DNA of 64,000 nucleotides from Dehalococcoidia bacterium (GTDB lineage: Bacteria > Chloroflexota > Dehalococcoidia > UBA2979). The notes beneath the pieces are model-generated. The model made no database searches and had not been told where the DNA came from. It saw only the letters and a list, made by a program, of their open reading frames with translations. Made by a program: the position numbers and the translations under genes. The stretch spans positions 2,527 to 66,526 of the forward strand of contig JAPYRK010000010.1 in NCBI GenBank assembly GCA_029941115.1. Direction: 5' to 3'. Shown here piece after piece: positions 36,490 through 45,611 of this stretch. How positions within the stretch are numbered: position 1 is the stretch's first letter; every line of letters starts with the position of its first letter.

Positions 36490-37719
36490 CTACGTCCGTT
36501 TTTCTGCCGAAATGATAAGTTCATCCGCGCCCCGCAGGAGCAGCGTACCACCTCTGGTAAGTCCGCCCTTTACCGGAGCGAACGAGCTGAATTCTTCGAA
36601 AAGTCGCTTGAATGCCGTGCCGGCCTCAACTCTCGCGAGTGGGGCCCCAAGACAAAAATGAATGCCGTGTCCAAACGACAAATGGCGCTTCTCTCTCCGA
36701 TCAAAAAGGAATGTGTCGGGATCGGAATATGCTGCCGGATCACGGTTCGCTGCTCCCAACATACACATCAATACATCACCTTTGGTTATCAGGGTTCCCA
36801 GCACCTCCGTATTCCGAGTAGCCACCCGTACGAGACCTTGAACGGGACTGTCGTAACGAAGAGTTTCCTCGATTACGGACGGTATAATATCGGGATTCGC
36901 CGCGATTTGATCAAGCACGTTGTGGTGATTTAGCAGTGCCAGCATGCCGTTCCCAATTAGATTGGTGGTAGTTTCATTACCTGCCACGAGCAACAATATA
37001 GTGAACGATATTGCCTCATCTCGGGTGAGCTTGTCGCCGGTCTCATCCTGATCATTCACGATGGCAGAAATTAAATCGTCTTCTGGGCTACTTAATCTTC
37101 TATCAATAATCTCGCCCAGATACGCCACCATTTCCTCGGTTACGACACGTCTGCGCTCTAATTCAGCGGGATCAGGTACCAGTTTCGTAGCGCTGGCTAC
37201 TACCGTCGACCACTCTTTAAATCGTATGCGCTCACTTGGAGGTATTCCAAGCATCTCCGCGATAACTATGACCGGAAGAGGTTGAGCCAGGCCCGCCATA
37301 AGGTCAAATTTGGACTCAGTTCGTAACGATTCCACAAGTGAATCCGTTACATCAGTAATATGTTCGTCGAGTGCAGCGATACGCTTCGGTGTGAACGTTT
37401 TGTTCACAATAGCGCGCAGTCGGGTATGGTCCGGTGGGTCACTGGTCAGCACATTGCGCACATATCCCAGAGGATTTGCCTCTGCTTCGCGCGCCACCTC
37501 ATTTGCGATCGCACCGGACGCGTACCGTGGATTAGATGAAAAAATTTCAGGGTCTTTGAGAATCGCGCTACAAGCCTCGTGAGACGTAATCACCCAGGCA
37601 TTAAGCGCGTCTGAGTGATATATCGGAGCATAATCTCTTGCACGCGCGTATTGTACATATGGATTGGATTTAAATGATGGAATAAAGGGATTGAAAACTG
37701 CGGTCTGGCCCTGCGTCAT
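36490..37719 (-). CDS. cytochrome P450 (canonical I-helix)
   Basis: DPPDHTRLR, AGNETT, EETLR, FGHGIHFCLG. Confidence 0.97.
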   Translation of the reverse strand: MTQGQTAVFNPFIPSFKSNPYVQYARARDYAPIYHSDALNAWVITSHEACSAILKDPEIFSSNPRYASGAIANEVAREAEANPLGYVRNVLTSDPPDHTRLRAIVNKTFTPKRIAALDEHITDVTDSLVESLRTESKFDLMAGLAQPLPVIVIAEMLGIPPSERIRFKEWSTVVASATKLVPDPAELERRRVVTEEMVAYLGEIIDRRLSSPEDDLISAIVNDQDETGDKLTRDEAISFTILLLVAGNETTTNLIGNGMLALLNHHNVLDQIAANPDIIPSVIEETLRYDSPVQGLVRVATRNTEVLGTLITKGDVLMCMLGAANRDPAAYSDPDTFLFDRREKRHLSFGHGIHFCLGAPLARVEAGTAFKRLFEEFSSFAPVKGGLTRGGTLLLRGADELIISAEKRT

Positions 37720-37743
37720 AGGATCTACAGTAATACCGATGAA

Positions 37744-39006
37744 CTATAACGTCACTGATATCTCCAGAGCCTTGGGTCCGCGAGCAAACCAGTCCTCTGT
37801 TCGAGGAAGACTACCCGGCTCCATTTGATCAGATAGTCGAAACGAAGACGTTTTTTCTAACAATGACCTAAATACTTCTTGTAGAGCAATTCGCGCCAAT
37901 GGGGCGCCCACGCAGTAATGAGAGCCTCTGCCAAAAGCCAGCGATGGTGGAGCGTCACTGCCTGAATTGGATCGATAACGCTCGACGTCAAATATGTCCG
38001 GATTTTCAAATACATCTGGATCTCGGTTGGTTCCACCAACCAACACCATGACGACGTCATTCTCCTTCATTTGGACTCCTGAAAATAACAGATCCGAGGT
38101 TACCCACCGCACCAGAACTTGTTGCGGTGGGTCAAATCTCAATATTTCATCAACAGCCGAATCCAGAAGCTCGCTATTCTCTCTCAAAGCTGACTGTGCG
38201 GTATCGCTGATGGCAAAGGCCAAAATTCCGTTTGTGATGGCTTCTGCTGTAGTAGCGCTTCCGGCCTGAGCCAAATCCACCACAAGAGCTAGTAGTTCTT
38301 CTGTTGATGGCAGGTCCTCCTCAGTGTTATCACTCGATATTTCTTCTGCACGTGCAATCGACGACAGAACAGAATCACTCGCCACGCGCTCGTCATGCGA
38401 GACGGATTCCAAGAATTCGGTAAGTCTGACCTTGGCTTCTCGCGCCGCGCGCCGCTTTGCTACGGTCACATCATTGAAATTAGTCTGCATTAAGGCAAAC
38501 GTATCGCTCATCACCTGATCCCGATCATCTACATGAAGTCCGAGCTGGAGACTTAATATAGTCTCTGGCACCTTCACTGCGAGAGACTGCACTACCTCAA
38601 CCACCCCACCAGAATGGGCACCTAACAGGTCATCGATCAGCATAGAAACTTCGATCCGTATATCGTTCCGTAGCTTCTCCAAAATACTGGGGGCAAATCC
38701 GCGCGCGACGATTCTTCGAAGACGGGTGTGCGAGAAGGAATCCAACTGAGCCAGTCGTTCAACATTGCCCAAGGCAGAGTTCTGCCGAACATATGCCAGA
38801 CTCTCAGATACCTTGGAACTCGCACGGCTTGGATTAGAGGAAAATGTTTCATAGTCCTGCAATACTTCTAACCCGTACTGATATGAAGTGATGATCCAGG
38901 CGTTCACAGTTTCTGAATAATGAACTGGTTCATCACTCCGAAGTCTCGCCAAGGATGAATACGGATCCGCCATATAGGACGGTCGAAATGGATTGAAGTA
39001 CGCCAT
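37744..39006 (-). CDS. cytochrome P450 (atypical I-helix)
   Basis: HTRLR, AGSATT, DEILR, FGRGSHYCVG. Confidence 0.95.
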   Translation of the reverse strand: MAYFNPFRPSYMADPYSSLARLRSDEPVHYSETVNAWIITSYQYGLEVLQDYETFSSNPSRASSKVSESLAYVRQNSALGNVERLAQLDSFSHTRLRRIVARGFAPSILEKLRNDIRIEVSMLIDDLLGAHSGGVVEVVQSLAVKVPETILSLQLGLHVDDRDQVMSDTFALMQTNFNDVTVAKRRAAREAKVRLTEFLESVSHDERVASDSVLSSIARAEEISSDNTEEDLPSTEELLALVVDLAQAGSATTAEAITNGILAFAISDTAQSALRENSELLDSAVDEILRFDPPQQVLVRWVTSDLLFSGVQMKENDVVMVLVGGTNRDPDVFENPDIFDVERYRSNSGSDAPPSLAFGRGSHYCVGAPLARIALQEVFRSLLEKTSSFRLSDQMEPGSLPRTEDWFARGPKALEISVTL

Positions 39007-39106
39007 TCATACAGAGTACCCCGTGATGAGAATTTCAAACTGTTTTTACTGAAATCTACTGGTAAGGTGGATTAATATCAAAATTTGCGTCGACGGAGTT
39101 AATGCC

Positions 39107-40513
39107 TTGTCCTCAAAAACTTATTCTGCAGAGACTACTGAGCTTGAGTCACCCTTTAGGGGTATAGACCTGTCGAAGCCCACTTATGGCAAGTTCCGAA
39201 GATTAATCCCTCTCGCCTATACCTTGCTCACAGTCTGGTTGAAGTGGAGGACGCTCCGAATTAAGAGACGCCTGTTTGGGGTCGAGCGGATGGAGGCAGC
39301 GACTCACAAATTCCATTCAGATGCGGCGATTTCTGTAGTTCGACTGGCCGTCAAGCAACAGGGCATGATAGTTAAAATGTGTCAATTTTTGGGTGCACGT
39401 GCTGATGTTCTTATGGAGGAATACGTCCGGACACTTTCGCTCGTGCATGATTCTATACCTCCAAGACCTTGGCTAGAAGTGAAAAATCGAATAGAAGAGG
39501 AACTGGGAGCGCCAGTCGAGAACCTATTTAAGTCCATCTCCGAAGAGCCAGTAGCCGCAGCCTCACTGGCACAGGTACATCGGGGGCGCACACATGATGG
39601 GCATGATGTGGCAGTGAAGATTCAGCATGTAGGCATAGACAAAATTGTCGAGTGGGATCTTGAGGCTGTTGACTTGCTCTCTAATATATGGAGTCGACTT
39701 GAAACTATCATCGATTTCCGCCCGATGGTTGCCGAAATGCGTAGAAATGCACCAGAAGAAATTGACTTCGTCCATGAAGGACGTGCGGCCGAAGAAATAG
39801 CTAATCTTCTCTCAGACAGAAATGATACAACCGTCCCGAAAATTTTCTGGGAGCTTAGCTCATTACGAGTTCTCACAATGGACTACATCGACGGCATAAA
39901 AATTACTGATACTAAAGCTTTGCGAGAGGCAGGTGTAAACCCGCCCGATGTCGCTGATGTGCTCATTGATTTGTATAACAACATGATTCTCAAATACGGC
40001 ATGTTTCATGCAGATCCGCACCCTGGAAACCTCTTCGTGTTACCGCCTAAAAGTGAAGACGAGTCTCTACGGATCGGGCTGGTTGATTTTGGACTTACTA
40101 AGTCAATAGAGACTGATTTTCGAGAGCAGTTAATGGTCCTAACCAGCGCCATCATTGAGCAGCAATCAGATGTAATTTCAACCACTATGACAGACATGGG
40201 ATTCAGGACTCGTGAAGACGACCCAGAGACGTATACCGCGCTGGGAGAAGCATTCCTCGGAGATGTGCTTCGTTCAGGAAAAGCCTATGCTGATCAGGAA
40301 ATGGTTGCAGAGGTAAATGAAAATCTTGGAAAGCTATTGCGAGCTAATCCTATTCTAGACCTCCCAGGTGACGTGATCCTGATTGCACGAGTCATGGGAT
40401 TACTTTCCGGTCTCGGTCGGACTCTGGAATCAGAAACTGACCTACTCATCTCGGTACTACCATACCTTGATCCTGATAAGGACCAGGCTAGTGATGATGA
40501 TCTCTTCGCCTAA
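39107..40513 (+). CDS. ABC1/UbiB/AarF family atypical kinase
   Basis: VKMCQ (KxxQ), AAASLAQVH, VAVK, FHADPHPGN, VDFG. Confidence 0.93.
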   Translation: MSSKTYSAETTELESPFRGIDLSKPTYGKFRRLIPLAYTLLTVWLKWRTLRIKRRLFGVERMEAATHKFHSDAAISVVRLAVKQQGMIVKMCQFLGARADVLMEEYVRTLSLVHDSIPPRPWLEVKNRIEEELGAPVENLFKSISEEPVAAASLAQVHRGRTHDGHDVAVKIQHVGIDKIVEWDLEAVDLLSNIWSRLETIIDFRPMVAEMRRNAPEEIDFVHEGRAAEEIANLLSDRNDTTVPKIFWELSSLRVLTMDYIDGIKITDTKALREAGVNPPDVADVLIDLYNNMILKYGMFHADPHPGNLFVLPPKSEDESLRIGLVDFGLTKSIETDFREQLMVLTSAIIEQQSDVISTTMTDMGFRTREDDPETYTALGEAFLGDVLRSGKAYADQEMVAEVNENLGKLLRANPILDLPGDVILIARVMGLLSGLGRTLESETDLLISVLPYLDPDKDQASDDDLFA

Positions 40514-40582
40514 CCAATAGAATATCGAGTTAAGTTTGCTCGAATCAATTCACTTACTCTATCGGGTTCTTATCAATTAAGC

Positions 40583-40637
40583 TTGCATGTATTCATTTTA
40601 TACGTTATTGTTCATTTAAATGAATGATAATTCATTT
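40583..40637 (+). promoter_or_regulatory. sigma70 promoter with a TetR-type palindromic operator at the start site
   Basis: TTGCAT(40583)-N17-TATTGT(40606); TTCATTTAAATGAA (40611-40624) and AAATGAAT-GATA-ATTCATTT (40618-40637); extra ATTCATTT half-site at 40591. Confidence 0.7.
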
Positions 40638-40663
40638 TGTCGGGCAATAGATAGGAGTCTAAA

Positions 40664-40798
40664 GTGATAACCCCGAAAGAGTACATTAATGGCGTGTTGA
40701 GCAAAGGTCGTAAGACCGGACCTCTCTTTGAAGAAGCCAAGAAGGATTACCGAAGATGGCTTCGCGAAGAAAACAGCAACTGGCGCTGTACTTTATAA
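40664..40798 (+). CDS. microprotein A (44 aa), unannotated
   Basis: AGGAG SD plus GTG; MITPKEYINGVLSKGRKTGPLFEEAKKDYRRWLREENSNWRCTL; homologous to the next ORF. Confidence 0.75.
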   Translation: MITPKEYINGVLSKGRKTGPLFEEAKKDYRRWLREENSNWRCTL

Positions 40799-40831
40799 GT
40801 ACTAACAGCCATAAATGTCAGGAGTAATAAT

Positions 40832-40954
40832 ATGAAACTTACGAATTACGTCAGCTACATTACGCGAAAAAATCGCGGTGTCGCGCCAAACTATGATGAG
40901 GCTAAAAAGGATTTTTTAGCGATGATACGTAGACGCAATATAAGTCACCTTTAA
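40832..40954 (+). CDS. microprotein B (40 aa), paralog of A
   Basis: AGGAG SD plus ATG; MKLTNYVSYITRKNRGVAPNYDEAKKDFLAMIRRRNISHL; shares Y...KxR...PxxxEAKKD[YF]. Confidence 0.78.
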   Translation: MKLTNYVSYITRKNRGVAPNYDEAKKDFLAMIRRRNISHL

Positions 40955-40955
40955 C

Positions 40956-40986
40956 GCTAAAATGCTTAGAAATCTAAGTATTTAGC
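40956..40986 (+). other. RNA hairpin directly after microprotein B
   Basis: GCTAAAATGCTTAG-AAAT-CTAAGTATTTAGC, about 13 bp with one G-U and one bulge. Confidence 0.55.
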
Positions 40987-40998
40987 TAATGATGATCG

Positions 40999-41056
40999 TT
41001 TCCTTACTTTGGGCTAACCTACTCGCGTAAGTATCCCTCAGTCCAAAGTAAGGAAA
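40999..41056 (+). promoter_or_regulatory. 17-bp RNA stem covering the putative tetR ribosome-binding site
   Basis: TTTCCTTACTTTGGGCT (40999-41015) pairs with AGTCCAAAGTAAGGAAA (41040-41056), one G-U; AAGGA lies in the 3' arm. Confidence 0.65.
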
Positions 41057-41066
41057 TTCAATAAAT

Positions 41067-41729
41067 ATGCCACGCAGGCCCGAGCGATACCTAGAAGAAC
41101 GAAAACAAGACATCATTCGGGCAGCGAAGCAGATGTTCGTGCAGCAGGGTTATGCATCCACAACAATTAGCCAGATAGCAACTGAAGCCGAGATGGCAAC
41201 CGGTACGCTTTATCGGTACTTTAAGAGCAAAGACGAACTAATTTGGGCCGTTTCACACGAACATATCGAAGAAGAACTTCAAGCCTTTACGACTTTAGAA
41301 AAAGAATCAACATCTGCCGGAGATCAGCTTCTGGAGATTTTATTGAAACCGTATCAAAATACTGATGTCGACCAGAGCCGACAAGATGCGATTATCAGCC
41401 TGGAATCGACCTTGGCTGCTTTGAGAAGCGATGGACTTAAAGAAAAAGTTGCGACAGATATTTCCATGTCGATCGACGCGTTAACCGAACTAATCCAAAA
41501 AGCCCAAGCACAAGGTGAAGTAAACCCTCAATTCAGCCCGTCCGCACTTTCAGCATTGCTCCATGGCACTGCAAGCGGTTTGGCAAGTCTCAGGCCTCTA
41601 CTGTCTGAAAATTCGACCTATATCGTGGCCGCACAAGATCTTCTAATTAAACTGGTGGAATCACTCTATAGTCCTTCTCTTGCGAAACGTTCACAGGATA
41701 AAAAAAGCATGCCATCAACACCTGAATGA
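41067..41729 (+). CDS. TetR/AcrR family transcriptional regulator
   Basis: IIRAAKQMFVQQGYASTTISQIATEAEMATGTLYRYFKSKDEL HTH. Confidence 0.95.
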   Translation: MPRRPERYLEERKQDIIRAAKQMFVQQGYASTTISQIATEAEMATGTLYRYFKSKDELIWAVSHEHIEEELQAFTTLEKESTSAGDQLLEILLKPYQNTDVDQSRQDAIISLESTLAALRSDGLKEKVATDISMSIDALTELIQKAQAQGEVNPQFSPSALSALLHGTASGLASLRPLLSENSTYIVAAQDLLIKLVESLYSPSLAKRSQDKKSMPSTPE

Positions 41730-41789
41730 GGCGTTTTAACAGTCCAGCCCAAAGTCGAACATAAGACCACTGGTGCTAATCTATAACTC

Positions 41790-44700
41790 ATGACCACAAG
41801 CCACACCTCGCATCGATCGGTAATTTCTGGAGAAGGCGCTCCAACGCATTCCTCCGTCCAAAATGCGCTGAATCTACTGGAAGGGCCAGACCATCTTCTT
41901 CAACAGATTGAGGTGGCTCTAGTAAGCGCACTTGCCGGGGGCGCAGAAGATGTTGATACATCCAGAGCTCGAAGACTTCTCTACGCCACAGACGCATCGA
42001 TCTATGAAATGGAGCCGGTTGCGGTTACTTTCCCTCGAGACACCAGCGATGTTCAAGCAATCGTGCAAGTCGCGAATACCTTCGGTGTTCCCATTCTTCC
42101 AAGAGGAGCCGGTACGAGTTTGGCGGGGCAAGGTGTCAACCATGCAATAGTGATTGACTTCACTCGCTACATGAATCAGGTATTGGAGATAGATCCGTCT
42201 TCGGTGACCGCACGTGTCCAGCCAGGACTAGTAGTTGACGCACTCAATAAACAAGCCAAAAGGCACCAACTCATGTACCCCGTGGACCCGTCCACCAGAA
42301 ATAGAGCAACTATAGGTGGTGGTATTGGCAACAATTCATGTGGTGCGCACTCGCTCAGACACGGAAAAACGAGTGACCAGTTAATTTCAGTCACCGTCGT
42401 ACTCAATGACGGAAGTATTATCCGCACCAAAAATGTCTCGGGTTCAGAATTAGAGGAAAAATTAGACGGCGACGCACGTGAATCAGAGTTGTACCGATCT
42501 ATTCGCGAGATTGCGCAATCGCGACAAGCAGAAATAGAGGCATACTTCCCAAAGATACCTAGGCGTGTATCTGGTTATAACCTTGACACTGTACTTACAT
42601 ACGACGATGGTCGTGGTGAAAGTATGGACATCGGTCAAATGATTGTGGGCAGTGAGGGAACTCTAGGAATTGTCACGGAGGCGACTCTCAAGCTTGCCCC
42701 ACTTGCTGTTAAAACGGGGATAATTGCGCTTCATTTCGAATCTATAGAAGATGCGTGCCGAGCAGCTCCTATTGCGGTCACACACGACCCCGCAGCGGTC
42801 GAACTAGTTGATAGAACAATCATCGAACGCTGTCGCGAAAGCTTTAGCTATAAATCTCTAATTGAGTTCGTAATAGGTACTCCAGGAGGCCTGCTATTGG
42901 TCGAAGTAGATGGAGAAACTGAGCAAGAAGTCATCGAAAAACTAAATGCACTAAGTAAAGACTTCAGGGGTCGTGGCCTCACTCAAGATATGGTTGTTAC
43001 CACTAACTCAGGAGAACAAGCTCGAATGTGGCGAATGAGAGAAGCCGGCCTCGGACTGTTAATGTCCGTGCGGGGAGATGCAAAACCAGTAGCCTTCGTT
43101 GAAGATGGGGCCGTTGAACCTGAATTTTTAGGAGATTACGTCGCTCGATTCGAGGAAATAGTACAACGTTATGGACTACCCACCGCGTACTATGGCCACG
43201 CTGGTGCAGGATGCCTACACATCAGACCCATGATCAATCTCAAAGAATTAGATGGCCCCGAAAACGCTGAAATTTTGGCTCAAGAAATCGCCGATTTAAT
43301 TCTGGAATTTGGAGGCTCACTCAGCGGTGAGCACGGTGACGGGATAGTACGAGGTGCTTTTACGGAGCGTATGTTTGGACCCGCCTTGGTGGATAGTTTC
43401 CGTGATGTCAAATTAGCATTTGATCCGGACTCATTAATGAACCCAGGGAAAATTATTGATACCCCAAGGTTCAATGACAATCTGCGACTTTCACCAAAAA
43501 CCGCCAGCCTCACCCCACCCACGTTTTTAAATTGGGAGGAATGGGGTGGCATTGCACGGGCCGCCGAACAATGTAATGGGCAAGGAGCATGCCTAAAGGA
43601 TGTTGGCACGATGTGCCCGTCCTTCATGGTCACGAAAGATGAAGAACACTCCACACGAGGTCGAGCCAATTTACTCCGCCAAGTGCTGAATCAGTCGCTG
43701 CCACCGGAAGAGCTCACGGGGGATCGAATCCACGATGCACTTGACCTCTGCGTGGAATGCAAGGCATGTAAGAACGAATGTCCTTCGGCCGTTGATATGG
43801 CTCTCCTGAAGTCAGAGGTACTCGCCCTACGCCACGCAGAACAAGGTGTGCCACTCAGGGATAGAATTTTTGCTGGTATCGCGAGAGGCGCCAAACTAAA
43901 TCAGTTGCTAGGTATCAGATCGTTGACAAACTGCGTAAGCCGGATCGGTTTTGTGAAGGTACTGCTTGACCAATTTCTCGGAATTCATAAGTCGAGACCG
44001 CTTCCTGAATTCGCGCCAATCTCGTTCGTAGAATGGTTTCAAAAAAACCATAGTGTCGGACGCGCAACCACAAATGGAACGATCGTACTCTTTGTCGATA
44101 CGTTTACAAATTATTTTCAGCCTCAGATTGGTAAAGCAGCGGTAATGGTGTTAGAAGCCTTAGGTTACGCCGTTCAGATAACACAACAAAATGAATGCTG
44201 CGGAAGACCTATGATCTCAAAAGGATTACTGGGTGACGCTCGGAATGCCGCTGCTAAGAACTTAAAAAGCTTGGAAAGTTTTATCGAAGCCGGCATTCCA
44301 ATTGTAGGCTTAGAGCCATCCTGCTTGCTGACCTTTCGGGACGAATATCCGCTGTTGCTGCACAACTCGCCTCCCCTTGCAAAACTTGCGGATGCTGCAG
44401 CAAAGCAGTCGTTTCTTATCGAAGAATTTATCACTCGCTGTGCCATTGAAAACGAAAGCTCGGTTCGAAGTATTTTTCAAGGTGGAACGAGCGTTTCCAT
44501 TCATATCCACTGCCATGAGAAAGCATTGGTTGGTACGGAACAGGCCCTTAAAGTCTTGGATCTCGCCAACATCCCAGCAAATTTGATTGATTCGGCGTGT
44601 TGTGGCATGGCCGGCTCATTTGGTTTTGAAACAGAACACTATGAGGTCTCCCGGGCAATGGCAGAACGAACATTGATCCCCGCAATTCGTGAAATGCCTG

Positions 44701-44816
44701 AGTCCGAGCGACTACTAATCACCGGCACTTCCTGCCGACAGCAGCTAGATCATTTCAGCTCAAAAACACCAATACATCTAGTCGAAGCATTAGCTGAATC
44801 GTTAATAAATAAATAG
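41790..44816 (+). CDS. FAD-linked and Fe-S-binding oxidoreductase (GlcD/GlcF fusion, YdiJ-like 2-hydroxyacid dehydrogenase)
   Basis: YATDASIY, RGAGTSLAGQ, GSEGTLG, SGEHGDG, CVECKACKNECP, CCG domains. Confidence 0.93.
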   Translation: MTTSHTSHRSVISGEGAPTHSSVQNALNLLEGPDHLLQQIEVALVSALAGGAEDVDTSRARRLLYATDASIYEMEPVAVTFPRDTSDVQAIVQVANTFGVPILPRGAGTSLAGQGVNHAIVIDFTRYMNQVLEIDPSSVTARVQPGLVVDALNKQAKRHQLMYPVDPSTRNRATIGGGIGNNSCGAHSLRHGKTSDQLISVTVVLNDGSIIRTKNVSGSELEEKLDGDARESELYRSIREIAQSRQAEIEAYFPKIPRRVSGYNLDTVLTYDDGRGESMDIGQMIVGSEGTLGIVTEATLKLAPLAVKTGIIALHFESIEDACRAAPIAVTHDPAAVELVDRTIIERCRESFSYKSLIEFVIGTPGGLLLVEVDGETEQEVIEKLNALSKDFRGRGLTQDMVVTTNSGEQARMWRMREAGLGLLMSVRGDAKPVAFVEDGAVEPEFLGDYVARFEEIVQRYGLPTAYYGHAGAGCLHIRPMINLKELDGPENAEILAQEIADLILEFGGSLSGEHGDGIVRGAFTERMFGPALVDSFRDVKLAFDPDSLMNPGKIIDTPRFNDNLRLSPKTASLTPPTFLNWEEWGGIARAAEQCNGQGACLKDVGTMCPSFMVTKDEEHSTRGRANLLRQVLNQSLPPEELTGDRIHDALDLCVECKACKNECPSAVDMALLKSEVLALRHAEQGVPLRDRIFAGIARGAKLNQLLGIRSLTNCVSRIGFVKVLLDQFLGIHKSRPLPEFAPISFVEWFQKNHSVGRATTNGTIVLFVDTFTNYFQPQIGKAAVMVLEALGYAVQITQQNECCGRPMISKGLLGDARNAAAKNLKSLESFIEAGIPIVGLEPSCLLTFRDEYPLLLHNSPPLAKLADAAAKQSFLIEEFITRCAIENESSVRSIFQGGTSVSIHIHCHEKALVGTEQALKVLDLANIPANLIDSACCGMAGSFGFETEHYEVSRAMAERTLIPAIREMPESERLLITGTSCRQQLDHFSSKTPIHLVEALAESLINK

Positions 44817-44915
44817 ACATCACCAAAATACTAGCCAAACCAAAATGAGACCCATGGTGCAGATGCATATATTTTAGTTATTCTATATCTAGATATCTGG
44901 ACGGAAAAAATAACA

Positions 44916-45611
44916 ATGTCGAAACATCATTACAGGAAACAGAAAATCGCAGTCCTCGGACTCGGAAGATTTGGGTCTACGCTCGCTCGTGACCTCCAAG
45001 CAATGGGACACGAAGTCATTGGCATCGATCACAATAGCAACACTATTAAATCGCTCTCGGCAGAGTTATTTCATATTGCCGAAGCCGAGGCATCTGACGC
45101 TGACGCTCTAAAATTTTTAGGAATTCCTCACTGTGACGCTGCTGTAGTAGCATTTTCCGCGCAAGATCTCGAAACGAGTATTCTCGCTACGCTCACGCTG
45201 AAACAAGAGATGCAAATACCCCGAGTGATAGCAAAGGCGGCAAACGCGAGACATGGTGAAATCCTTGAACGGGTCGGTGCTGATGAAATCAAGTATCCGG
45301 AAAGAGAATCAGGCCGCCACCTCGCTCTCGCCTGGTCAGATCAGGGGCATGAAGCTGATAACCTTGAGATAAGCAATCAGTATCTGATTACAAGAATCAA
45401 AGCCCCCTCAAAGTTACATACTGAAACATTCGCGAGTATTAGAAACCAATACCCTAATCTTGACTTTATTATGTGGATGGACGGTGAAGGCGCATTAACT
45501 TTGACGCCATCTGATAATGACATCCTTCGAAAGAATCATCTACTCGTTATCGGAGGAAATCCCAACGAAATTGAGGACTTCCTAGATGCCGTGCGTGAAG
45601 AATCCACCTAG
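44916..45611 (+). CDS. TrkA/KtrA family RCK potassium-uptake regulatory subunit
   Basis: VLGLGRFG, VIAKA...HGEILERVGAD..YPERESG. Confidence 0.9.
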   Translation: MSKHHYRKQKIAVLGLGRFGSTLARDLQAMGHEVIGIDHNSNTIKSLSAELFHIAEAEASDADALKFLGIPHCDAAVVAFSAQDLETSILATLTLKQEMQIPRVIAKAANARHGEILERVGADEIKYPERESGRHLALAWSDQGHEADNLEISNQYLITRIKAPSKLHTETFASIRNQYPNLDFIMWMDGEGALTLTPSDNDILRKNHLLVIGGNPNEIEDFLDAVREEST

